Notes: generated by a model from the sequence alone, not told the origin. A stretch of 64,000 nt of DNA from the human T2T-CHM13v2.0 reference genome, Homo sapiens (GCF_009914755.1 NC_060936.1), one strand, 5' to 3'; numbered from the stretch's first letter, positions 26,662-39,054 are shown. A program made the numbers and translations.

Positions 26662-28451
26662 TGGCCCCACCCTTCAGCGATTCTGTTTATTTGGTCTGGA
26701 GATCCATCATATTTTTTATGAACTCCCTAAGTGAGTTTAATATGCAACTAGAGATGAAGACACTCCATGAAAACACATGAGAAGATGTCTGAACATTTGT
26801 TGAGCAAATGACCACAGAATGTCAATGTGTATGGGACACACGGGGGATACAGATGAATGAGTGGAATGCCTCAGGTTATCAAGGGGATGATAAGACTGGA
26901 ATTTTCTTGTTTTGTTTGATTTTGTTGTTGTTGAGTTGCAGAAGGGAAAACTGAAACATAAATTAAGGGAAAGAAATTACAGATGAGATGAATGGCATAT
27001 AGAAAGGTAGAGAGGCAAGAACAAATACATCATAGGTGGAGATTATTAATATGGCTAGAACTGATTGCAAGTTGGACATTAATACATCAAGAAATAATAT
27101 AAGTGAAATCACAGTTTTTTTTCCCAAGAGAATTCAGAATCTCAAAGAAGCCACAAGTGGATTGAGTTGATCTTCAAGGATCAATCTGGCTATCTTACAG
27201 ACCCTGTTCCAGATTTGCCCTTTATAGGAGAGTTCAGACTCAGAATTATAAAAAAGAACATGAGCTCATTGGGCTACCTAATTTATATTGTGTAATGACA
27301 CAGTGATGAATTATATAAACATGAAAACTACGTGAAAGTTCGTGGAGGATAATGTAAATTTTACACTACATTCAAAAGAATCTCTTCCTTTTCCATCTGT
27401 TTCTTTCAAAATACCCTCCCAGATGGCTTTCCCATGAGGCAATCTGGATTAACTCAGCCTCATATCCTTCCTTCAACAGCACTTTGAGGGGTTACATTCA
27501 GAATCGCTTTTGAGGTGGTAAAAATTTTAGCACAACTAAATATTTTACATCTAAAGAAAAGGGCTCAGCAGTGTGTAAACAGACCTACGTTTTTCTTTCT
27601 GGCCCCATCACTGGGCTAATTAATTTCTCTTTGCTCTATTTATCCATCTAGGAAATGGGATAATAATAATGCCTTTTCCCTTACTCCCAAGAACATTACA
27701 AGAGATGCATAATTATATAAATTCCAGGTAGCATTATTACATTCTGACTTATTTTTGACTGTTAAGTTTTTCATTTCCAGAGATTTATAGTCTCAAAAAT
27801 TCTAGAATCCTGATTTATTCCAAAGTACTTCCTCTTTGACGTCAAGTGTTTTCATTGAATGTTTTTTAAGGCAGGAATTTTTAAGCTGGAGGAAATTTTC
27901 TAGTAATTGCTCCATCCTACTGTTAGGGCTAAAGCATTCAGAATCATCTTCCTAGCATTTATGTCACACGTATACAGAATTACAAAGGCTCTGTGGTGAA
28001 GTATCCTCATACTGCCCAATGCTGAAGTCTCCTCAGAACTTCAAGAATGGCCCTTGTTGAACCTGGGGTACAAAGCAGCAGAGTTTATTCTGAGGAGACA
28101 AATTCAGAATTATGATAAATCTCAGCACCTGCATACGCACTTGTGTTTGTGTATACAAGTACATGCATCTAGAGAGAAATGAAAAGTGAAGGACCACCCT
28201 GTTGCAGGGGTTTGTGTTTGCGAAATCCACCAGGTGTCATCAGCTGCAAACATCAAGTGTGTCCCATAATCCTAATGGGAGAGTTAATAGTCTCTTAAAA
28301 ATCTAAAGGGGAAAATCTGTAATATGTACGTTAACTTTTTTCTAAAATTCCAAAACCAATGAAAACAGCTTACAAAATAACTCTACTATATTTCCACTTC
28401 AAGTGATAAACAATAAATTGAAATCAGCTAATTACAAATAAATAGAAATGA

Positions 28452-28730
28452 GGCTGGGTGCAGTGGCTCACACCTGTAATCCCAACACTTTGGGAGGTCA
28501 GGAGTTCGAGACCAGCCTGGCCAACATGGTGAAGCCCCATCTCTACTAAATACACAAAAATTAGCCGGGCGTGGCGGCGGCCATCTATAATCCCAGCTAC
28601 TCGGGAGGCTGAGGCAGGAGAATCACTTGAACCTGGTTGGCGGGGGAGGGTTGCCGTGAGCAGAGATTGTGCCACTGCACCCCAGCCTGGGTGACAGCGA
28701 GACTCCATCTCAAAAGAAAGAAAGAAAGAA
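28452..28730 (+). mobile_element. AluS with a small left-arm deletion
   Basis: ggctgggtgcagtggctcacacc...gagactccatctc followed by a (GAAA)n tail. Confidence 0.93.
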
Positions 28731-30807
28731 ATAGAAAGCAGCTCGTTTTTTAGCAATTTGAGCAGTTGAATTCTCAGTCATATGAATTACATTCTTCAGT
28801 AGGAAATGGTGGTAGGTTTTTCTTTTTCTTTTTTTAAAAAAAGAAACACCATAAAAGTACCAGATTATTATTATTATTAGAGGGTGCTTTGTTACTCAAG
28901 TTTTTACTTTGATAAAAATAAGTGTCTCTCCAACTGAGATGTCTAAAAAAGTTTCGCTAGTTTATCAGGTATTTGATCGTTTATTGCTATTTCCCTTTTA
29001 AGGCTTTAATCTGAGACTTGAAGGGACTCCCTAAATGTAATTCAGACATTTTTCTCTCACCTTTCTTCTACCCAAAGGGAAAACAGGTTTTTAAAATCCT
29101 AACAGCTCTCCACCCTTTCAATCCACTTTCCCCATTGTTGTACAGCCCTGGCAAACGATGCCTCTGGCAATTAGGACAGGTATAAACCTGCTCCTTTTCA
29201 ATTTCCCAATGAGAGAATTGCAAAGTTTTCAGTTTCTAAAAGACTGGAAACAAAGCTTTCTGTTTCAAAAAAAGAGTTTTTACTTGCAAGTAACATCTTC
29301 TGTGGGTGGTGTGCACCCGGGCAAAGAAATCTCAGTAAGCCTTGATTATCACGGGATTTCTTCCCCCTCAAAATAAAATGTTGAATGTTTTTACAGAGAC
29401 TTCAAGGGCAGTTTTAAGGATGTTTATATTTCAGACAACCTAAACATTGTTTGGAGCAAAATGAGAGATTTCATTTTGGGACAAGCAAGTTGATGAATTG
29501 CAGTCAGCATCTCGTTCTCAAAGAAGGCATTTTTACTGGGGGCTTTTAGTCTAGACATACGAAGAGGGAAGGAGGAAAGGGGAAAGCATTCTCACTCTAA
29601 CACTCGTCTTTTACATGGTACCTTGGCCAGTGCAGTAAATAGTTCATAATAAATCAGACTTACAAATACTCACTCGTCTACTCACTCAAGGAGCATAATG
29701 ATTTATACTGCCTAAGTCACAAAGATTACCGATGTATTTATTTTCTTGCTTATGCACTTTCAAGCTAGTAAAACATCTTGTGGGCCAGTAAATGTTTAGT
29801 ACCAACTGGCAAAACATGAAGAATCATATCAAAGGTTGCCCTAAGTTGCACGGTTTTGTTGTATAGGAAATACTTTTTGACTTAACCTCTGACCTCTGAC
29901 ATCACCAAGGTCAAGGGAAAAGGAGAGAGCAAAGTAGAAACCAAGGTTTAACCCTTAATAAAGTAGCTCAAGGACATAGAAGCACAGGGAAATTGGAGGG
30001 CAGAGGAAGCGTATCAAAATGATTATTAACTGTAAACAGATGAAGTAATTAGCTTAGCTAACAGTTGTAATACAGGAATATTGGCAGGATGAAGTCAGCG
30101 GTTCTTGGCAGGAAATGTTTTATAGAGATGACAACTTCTAACAGAAGTGAAAGAACATCAATCAATTTAGGGCAACTTATAAAACTCCAAAAAGCAAAAT
30201 TTAGTGTTTCTGGACTTGACAAATTTGCTGTGAGAGTTTTTTTTTTAAGTATGACTGTTTCTGTGTGGGGAAGTCTGTGGATTAGGCTCAAAACAAAATG
30301 GCAGTGGCTGCCTGCATTTCCTCTTCATATTGCAGAATTTTCCTCTACATTTTGATGTGTACTGGATAAAAACCAATTGTTTACTCAATATATAATCTTT
30401 CTTCTTACTCTCCAAACTTGCTGACCCAAATTAATGTGGAACAAATAGCAACTGGCTTTAAAACCTGGTCTTTCTAAGAAAATCCTTAATGGTTGCATAG
30501 AAATATGTTGCATTGCCTCAGACACTTACATTCAGGAAATGTTTGCTGGACACTCAGATGTCTACAGAGAAATTGTTAACTTACTGTTATTGATATTTTT
30601 ATAATCTTACTCAAAAGTCATAACTCAGGATAATGAAAAATGTTTGGTGCAATAATGATTAAAATCCACAAATATTCTGTTCCCTGGCCGCAAATACAAC
30701 ACCTATGCAAAATTTTACACATCTACAAAACAAAGGGAAAAGGTTTTTCCTAGTCTATGCCATTAATAAGCACATCTGGAATATAACCCTTAAGCAGTCT
30801 TTAATCA

Positions 30808-31020
<213 letters not shown>

Positions 31021-33395
31021 ATTACCTTCTTTTGAATACTTTGTTTATGCAAAAATCCTTTTGCTTTCTTTAGCTATTTTTTTAAATGCAGTGTTCCTGC
31101 AGTAAGAATTGAACCTGGCATGGAAAACTGATCAAACCGGTAGTCCTCAGAAATCATCACTCCTGAAACTTGCAATTAGTTTATACCTAAAATGATTTCC
31201 CTATTTGAAAAATGTGCCTACCATTTCCAGATTTTAAAAAAATGGCCCTTTATCCCAGAAAGGAGAAATTCATTGTATCCCAGAGACCAGCATTACTTCT
31301 GTTGCAGTATTTTCAGTGATGGAACTCTGTTGAGGCTACAGACAAGAAAAGCAGGAGAGCATTTTAGGAATCTAAGATTTTTTATTTTACTTTCCTCTGG
31401 GGACCTTCTTTAATAGTTTTTTTCTTTCTTAAGAACCTATCCTTGAATCATAGGTAAAGAAATAATCACAGAATGAGTAACTGACATTAATAATCACAGC
31501 TTCACACTATAGTCTTACTGGATTTTTACGTTTTTCAGGGTTTCCCCAAGTGGTGGTCACATTTCTTACACAACCCTGCAGTGTAGATAGACATGTATAG
31601 TCATTACTGGGCTGACACGGTGGGACTGAGACCTGCTAGTGCCGTGGTTGGCATCTATGATTAGTGAGGTCCAAGATCAACCTTCTTTACATTAAACATG
31701 CCCTAGCAAGACCTTCAACCCAACTTTATTAAGCTGATGCTAACGCACACAAAGAAGTCCTAACAATTCTATGTTTTTATATACATAATGCAAAAATAAA
31801 GACAAGATCAGGTACAATTGCTGTCAATATCTCAACTTATTGTCTCCTTTTGAAAAACATAATTCCCGCCTAGCATTTCCACCAGAATCCCTTGCTCTTG
31901 CCAGGTTATATTGTTTATATATGTTCCATTTAACATGTTTTTTAAAAATCTGCTGTAGAGTTTTCCTAGTTGGAGGAAATAATCACTTTCCATTAAGTTA
32001 AACAGTCCCGATAAATTTTAAATGAAAATATCTGACAGAGAAATAGAAAAACTCAGCCTTGTGGTCTTGCCGGTCACTTAGCTACAGATGGAACTTGAAA
32101 AACTGGTTCCTGGTCATTGCTGCTGAAGAGAGCCCTTTATTTCTGTTGTGACAGGACTGACTCAAGATACTCATGAACGTGGAAAACTCCTAAATGTGTC
32201 ATTCTGAGTTCCTGAGAAGTTGAACATACACAGATGACAAAAAAGAATGCCATTTAGCCATAACTACCCTTTCTAGATTACCAAGTATTTGTAGGTTTAT
32301 TGGCAAGATAGCTTAAATTACGTATGTATTTCTGGCCTGCAACATCATGTAATAGAAGAGTTGCAGAATTCTTTGCAGTTAAGAAAAAAAAAAAAAGATA
32401 AGGACTTATTAAAGCTGACATGGACTGTGATTTTTGCACTCCGTACCACACACAAAGGAGGGCATCGTGGTGACACCACCCCTGTGTTTGTATTTCTTGG
32501 TTCCATTTAGAATTCACTGGCCTCTTCTACTGCAGACCTGCTGTTTAGTCTGCATCTGGAAATTAAACCCAGAGCTTCAGCTCTTAGCATTAAATATTGA
32601 ACTTTCTTCCAGCACACACCCTCATCCATGCCTGTATAGTAAGTCTGATTAAACTCAAGACATTTTAAAATTCCATCAGCCTTAGGAGTTAAGTTTGGAT
32701 ATTGGGCTGTCTTCCTCCTCCTTTTTAATCTATTAGAAGAAGTGTACCCAAAGGTATATATACCACATGCATCATGTTGAACCAAATTAAAAGAACAGTG
32801 ATATGTGCAAACTATATTTCTGGGTTTTAGTGGAGTTTTTTTCCAAACTTAGCTAAAACAATGAGTTACATTTATCAAATTCCTTTTTTCATGAACAAAA
32901 GAAAAACTAAGGCAAAGTAAGTGCACTTTTCCAGTAGTTATAATAAAAATATAGTTTTCCAACTCTGCCCACCCCTGTTCCCCACTCATCAGTTTTCTGC
33001 CAAGAAACCTCACATGTTTCGGCCCGGTACCTCACTTGTCTTTGTAAAGTAGCTGCATGATGGCTGGGAGCTTTTCGGTGTTTAGAGGCCTTAGTGGCTG
33101 GTGCTCATAAAAATGTCACCGTGCACTTGCACTTTGAAAAGTCCTTTCATCTGAACATTCCTGAAGCCCCATTCCAACAGGTAAGCCTTCTTGACCAAAG
33201 AGTGGCTGTTTAGCCTTCCCACCCTGCCACTAGACCCTAATGAGATGTGTGCAACTCTTGGCTACAGTTTTCATCTCCTTATTACTTCAAGGCTCCTCTT
33301 GGGAGCTACACAAGCTCAAAGGTCCTTTGACCATTAGGTGACAAATGAGAAGCAATTTTTTAAAAACATGTCAAGGTAAAAGCTATTGTCTATAA

Positions 33396-33717
<322 letters not shown>

Positions 33718-35265
33718 CCATCCATGTCTTTTAAGTTATTAAAGATGATCGAAGCTCAGGGGTCCCTACCAACTCCTCAGTTACAGAAACAGGACTCTTT
33801 GGGGATGTCGGAGCCAGCTGCTTATTCTCCATGTCACCTGTTTCTGTTCCCTCTTTGCACCACAGAAGCACCCTGTGTTAAGTCTGGCCGAACCATGACA
33901 CTTAGGAGAGCTGAGAATGGGTTTTCCAACCTCATTCCTGACAGGGAGGATTTTTCTTCTCTTCATTGAATGCACACTTGTCGTACAGAATCCGCACATG
34001 TAACCAAAGACCAAGTCACTGGGAAGGTGAGAGCTGAGGTTTGCAGAGGTGGGAAAAGCCACCTGCCCCACCACATCAACCCTTTGGGAACCATTCCTTC
34101 CTTTGAAGGGTGGCCAGCCAGGGCTATGCCAAGAAGAGAGAGCTCTCCACTAACTAGACATTTGAGAAAACCATCATTCTGAGCATGTGAGAGCCACATT
34201 GCCTCCAAACCTTTAATGAAGTGAGACTTCCACCCTCTGACATCCTAGTCATGTTCCCAGTACTAACTGATAGTTACTAGTAGAATTCTAAGGTCAGCAG
34301 AAAGATACATTAATAAAACAACTATCCACATTGTCTTATCCACATTGTCTTAAGGACAGTTAAGGAAACAATATGACCTACCACCATTTTCATCTGAATT
34401 GTGTCTAAAGGGTTGGAATTCAGGAGTTTCAGCAGCTCACATCAAGCAAAGTTTCTGGGAATGTTTTGAAAAGCTGATCACATTCCATCTAGTACAAGGT
34501 CTTTGTTAAGTTCATGGCCTGAAAATTCTGTTTCCTTCCGGATTTGAAAGTACCTTGGTTTCCGGATAGTATAGAAAAATCAAACAGTTAGAAATTGAAT
34601 AATTACAGCACAATCCAGGAGGTTTGCCAGCTTGACTGAGTTCTATCAATTTTTTAACCATAAGAAGGAATAAAATATACTTGCTGGCTTTTATGCCGTG
34701 GTCTGTTTCAGAGTAGTCACCTAAGTCCACACCTCATGTCAGAATGAGAAGTGAATCATCTGGGGACAAACGAGGTGTGTATCTGCCTAACAGCTTAGTG
34801 ACTTTCTGGAATTTAAATATTAAGTGAAAGGACAGGGTCACAGGGCAGCTGATCTTTGGCTCGTCTCTCTTTCGTCTGCCCATGGCTTTGATCATGCTAC
34901 ATCCTCCTTTGTGGCCAGGGCTCCACAGAGAATCTCAGGGTCATGGCCTGTTGCCTAGTCAAGAGGTATAAACCTGCTGCTTAAATATGTGAAGCCCACA
35001 GTTTGGGGGTTGGGAGTTAAAGGGGAGGTAGCCTCATACGTTCCACTTTTCCCACAAAACCCAAAGCAGACTAAACAAAACCGGTGTGAAATCTCATGAC
35101 TTGATGCTGCCGTGGTTATATTTTTCAAGCTGTAATCCATTCATTTGTATGTGTGTTTATTCCCAGGATTTACAGCTCGCTCAGTCTTCGGGGGGAAAGA
35201 GAATATTTGAAACCTTTTGCAAAGGGTTTGAAGTATGCAGTGGCCTGTGATTAAAGCCCAGGATA

Positions 35266-35302
35266 GAGTGTGTGTGTGTGTGTGTGTATGTGTGTGTGTG
35301 TG
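35266..35302. repeat. (TG)n microsatellite
   Basis: Seen directly in the sequence. Confidence 0.95.
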
Positions 35303-36773
35303 CATTCATGTGAATGTGTGAGTGCCCATTCTTGTGGGGTTTTTTTCTCCCATTTGCTGCTTTTACGCAAAAGCATCACACATGGTAGCATTTAGGAGCC
35401 CCTTCACAGCTGAAGTGTTTCAAACACTAATGAATGGAAGTTTGGTCATATAATGCAGACAAGCTTTAAGGCATGCTTTACTGAATGGTGTACTGTAGTG
35501 ACCTGGGAAAGGAAGAGAGGTATAAATTGTGTCGGTTAGCCACCCAGACAAAATGAAGCCATGTGGAAAATCAAATCTATTAAAGTATGAAGACTGTTAT
35601 AAGCTGTTTTAAGCTGGCCATTCTTAAAGGGGCTCGGTCTGCTGCAGGAGTAAATGTTTACCTCTTCCCCCAGATCTTTTTCACATGCCGTCTTATGAGA
35701 CAATGTGCAGCATTTGATAAAAATCATCCTCTCACTAACGACGCTTTTATCGGAAATGTTTATTGTCTCCGCTTTACCACCCATGTCCTGAAAGGTACTG
35801 CACATTTGTTAAATAAGCAAAAGGAAAGAGAACTTTGCGGCTCAAGCCGGCTCGCAGAAACCCCAACAAATTCCAGAGCCATAAGGAATCAGAAAAAGGA
35901 AAAGGGAAGGAGGAGTTAGATTTATATGAAGAGGGGGCCTTGCAAAAACATATATATTAGATTTTCTCTGCTTGGCTAGCCCACCATCAAATGTTTGGTC
36001 GATGCGGATTAGTATTGAGATTGAGCAGTTAACGCCGAACTTGGGTCACTGTCTCAAAATGTGCTTTAATAAATACAAGGGGGAGGAAATGGATTTGGGA
36101 AGGCTCGTTGTCAGCTCTGCCCCTGCTCTCACACTGCCTCTGCACAGTGGTGTAGGGGTCACACACAGGTGTTGGCACCAGTACCAACCCGACCCAAATC
36201 CTGGTCCCACACACCCTGTAATTTTGGGCACATTACTTGTCTGTGCCTTGGTTTTCTCAGATGTAAAACAGGAATATTAACAGAAGGTGCCTAAGCATCT
36301 GGTAAGCACTCTAAAAATACCAGCTATTATTACCAGTATCTGGAGGGTGGGTTCATTTATACCTTAAGAAAGGATCCCCCTAACTCTATTTTTCTTGTGT
36401 GCCGGTTTTTAAAACTGATGAATGGCATGCTGTCGGGAAAAATTTATCCATTCCTACTTTTTTTCTAATTGGTGAGTAAGCGTGCATTGCCCTGACATTC
36501 TCTGGACAGCAAACAATTGAATTTGCTGACCAGCCGCCATGATGTCAAGCCTTAAGTCAACAGTGGCTAATGACCGCTCTGGGAAAAAACAACACCTTGA
36601 TTCCTCAATTACGGTTTAAGAAGCCCTGGGAATGAGGGCTCGCCAGTCATCGTCATCCTCTTTTGAGGCAAGCATAATGTGCTGTGGAAACAGGTTACCT
36701 CTGCACTGTTGGCAAGAGCAGCCCACACAGTATAACGATTGAGCGTCATGGCTGTGCCCTTTGTGTGTTCCAG

Positions 36774-36821
36774 GAGGAAACTGAAGAGACATCCTCACAA
36801 GAGTCTGCCGAAGAGGACTAG
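36774..36821 (+). CDS. HMGA2: HMGA2 exon 5 coding part (acidic C-terminal tail EETEETSSQESAEED*)
   Basis: Reads ccctttgtgtgttccag|GAGGAAACT...GAGGACTAG; exact HMGA2 C-terminus. Confidence 0.98.
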   Translation, partial: EETEETSSQESAEED

Positions 36822-36841
36822 GGGGCGCCAACGTTCGATTT

Positions 36842-36849
36842 CTACCTCA
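36842..36849 (+). promoter_or_regulatory. let-7 8mer site
   Basis: CTACCTCA, 21 nt after the stop codon. Confidence 0.92.
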
Positions 36850-36930
36850 GCAGCAGTTGGATCTTTTGAAGGGAGAAGACACTGCAGTGACCACTTATTC
36901 TGTATTGCCATGGTCTTTCCACTTTCATCT

Positions 36931-36974
36931 GGGGTGGGGTGGGGTGGGGTGGGGGAGGGGGGGGTGGGGTGGGG
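36931..36974 (+). repeat. (GGGGT)n G-quadruplex-forming tract in the 3'UTR
   Basis: Eight G-runs of 4 or more, separated by 1-nt loops. Confidence 0.9.
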
Positions 36975-37817
36975 AGAAATCACATAACCTTAAAAAGGAC
37001 TATATTAATCACCTTCTTTGTAATCCCTTCACAGTCCCAGGTTTAGTGAAAAACTGCTGTAAACACAGGGGACACAGCTTAACAATGCAACTTTTAATTA
37101 CTGTTTTCTTTTTTCTTAACCTACTAATAGTTTGTTGATCTGATAAGCAAGAGTGGGCGGGTGAGAAAAACCGAATTGGGTTTAGTCAATCACTGCACTG
37201 CATGCAAACAAGAAACGTGTCACACTTGTGACGTCGGGCATTCATATAGGAAGAACGCGGTGTGTAACACTGTGTACACCTCAAATACCACCCCAACCCA
37301 CTCCCTGTAGTGAATCCTCTGTTTAGAACACCAAAGATAAGGACTAGATACTACTTTCTCTTTTTCGTATAATCTTGTAGACACTTACTTGATGATTTTT
37401 AACTTTTTATTTCTAAATGAGACGAAATGCTGATGTATCCTTTCATTCAGCTAACAAACTAGAAAAGGTTATGTTCATTTTTCAAAAAGGGAAGTAAGCA
37501 AACAAATATTGCCAACTCTTCTATTTATGGATATCACACATATCAGCAGGAGTAATAAATTTACTCACAGCACTTGTTTTCAGGACAACACTTCATTTTC
37601 AGGAAATCTACTTCCTACAGAGCCAAAATGCCATTTAGCAATAAATAACACTTGTCAGCCTCAGAGCATTTAAGGAAACTAGACAAGTAAAATTATCCTC
37701 TTTGTAATTTAATGAAAAGGTACAACAGAATAATGCATGATGAACTCACCTAATTATGAGGTGGGAGGAGCGAAATCTAAATTTCTTTTGCTATAGTTAT
37801 ACATCAATTTAAAAAGC

Positions 37818-37890
37818 AAAAAAAAAAAAGGGGGGGGCAATCTCTCTCTGTGTCTTTCTCTCTCTCTCTTCCTCTCCCTCTCTCTTTTCA
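37818..37890 (+). repeat. A-run/G-run followed by a (TC)n polypyrimidine microsatellite in the 3'UTR
   Basis: Seen directly in the sequence. Confidence 0.9.
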
Positions 37891-37927
37891 TTGTGTATCA
37901 GTTTCCATGAAAGACCTGAATACCACT

Positions 37928-37934
37928 TACCTCA
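37928..37934 (+). promoter_or_regulatory. let-7 7mer-A1 site
   Basis: TACCTCA. Confidence 0.85.
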
Positions 37935-38075
37935 AATTAAGCATATGTGTTACTTCAAGTAATACGTTTTGACATAAGATGGTTGACCAAGGTGCTTTTC
38001 TTCGGCTTGAGTTCACCATCTCTTCATTCAAACTGCACTTTTAGCCAGAGATGCAATATATCCCCACTACTCAAT

Positions 38076-38083
38076 ACTACCTC
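38076..38083 (+). promoter_or_regulatory. let-7 7mer-m8 site overlapping a miR-196 7mer-m8 site
   Basis: ACTACCTC (CTACCTC for let-7; ACTACCT for miR-196). Confidence 0.88.
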
Positions 38084-38439
38084 TGAATGTTACAACGAAT
38101 TTACAGTCTAGTACTTATTACATGCTGCTATACACAAGCAATGCAAGAAAAAAACTTACTGGGTAGGTGATTCTAATCATCTGCAGTTCTTTTTGTACAC
38201 TTAATTACAGTTAAAGAAGCAATCTCCTTACTGTGTTTCAGCATGACTATGTATTTTTCTATGTTTTTTTAATTAAAAATTTTTAAAATACTTGTTTCAG
38301 CTTCTCTGCTAGATTTCTACATTAACTTGAAAATTTTTTAACCAAGTCGCTCCTAGGTTCTTAAGGATAATTTTCCTCAATCACACTACACATCACACAA
38401 GATTTGACTGTAATATTTAAATATTACCCTCCAAGTCTG

Positions 38440-38446
38440 TACCTCA
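38440..38446 (+). promoter_or_regulatory. let-7 7mer-A1 site
   Basis: TACCTCA. Confidence 0.85.
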
Positions 38447-38488
38447 AATGAATTCTTTAAGGAGATGGACTAATTGACTTGCAAAGAC

Positions 38489-38495
38489 CTACCTC
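38489..38495 (+). promoter_or_regulatory. let-7 7mer-m8 site
   Basis: CTACCTC. Confidence 0.85.
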
Positions 38496-39048
38496 CAGAC
38501 TTCAAAAGGAATGAACTTGTTACTTGCAGCATTCATTTGTTTTTTCAATGTTTGAAATAGTTCAAACTGCAGCTAACCCTAGTCAAAACTATTTTTGTAA
38601 AAGACATTTGATAGAAAGGAACACGTTTTTACATACTTTTGCAAAATAAGTAAATAATAAATAAAATAAAAGCCAACCTTCAAAGAAACTTGAAGCTTTG
38701 TAGGTGAGATGCAACAAGCCCTGCTTTTGCATAATGCAATCAAAAATATGTGTTTTTAAGATTAGTTGAATATAAGAAAATGCTTGACAAATATTTTCAT
38801 GTATTTTACACAAATGTGATTTTTGTAATATGTCTCAACCAGATTTATTTTAAACGCTTCTTATGTAGAGTTTTTATGCCTTTCTCTCCTAGTGAGTGTG
38901 CTGACTTTTTAACATGGTATTATCAACTGGGCCAGGAGGTAGTTTCTCATGACGGCTTTTGTCAGTATGGCTTTTAGTACTGAAGCCAAATGAAACTCAA
39001 AACCATCTCTCTTCCAGCTGCTTCAGGGAGGTAGTTTCAAAGGCCACA

Positions 39049-39054
39049 TACCTC
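39049..39054 (+). promoter_or_regulatory. let-7 6mer site (inside a predicted hairpin)
   Basis: TACCTC. Confidence 0.5.

Larger units (their letters stand above)
37083..38694 (+). promoter_or_regulatory. Other miRNA seed matches in the 3'UTR
   Basis: miR-33 8mers CAATGCAA 37083 and 38139; miR-9 8mer ACCAAAGA 37330; miR-26 TACTTGA 37386, ACTTGAA 38325 and 38688; miR-17 family GCACTTT 38035; miR-15/16 8mer TGCTGCTA 38123; miR-142-3p 8mer ACACTACA 38383. Confidence 0.65.

Noticed and set aside
36771-36776. NAGNAG tandem acceptor CAG/GAG at exon 5
   Set aside because: GAG is rarely used when preceded by CAG, and the effect would be loss of a single Glu.
36815-36829. CTCF-like GGACTAGGGGGCGCC across the stop codon
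   Set aside because: It lacks the high-information CC at the motif start, and coding constraint explains part of the match.
36739-37138. ORFs overlapping exon 5 and the G-tract
   Set aside because: They are out of frame with HMGA2 or antisense, and are kept open by the low-complexity G-run.
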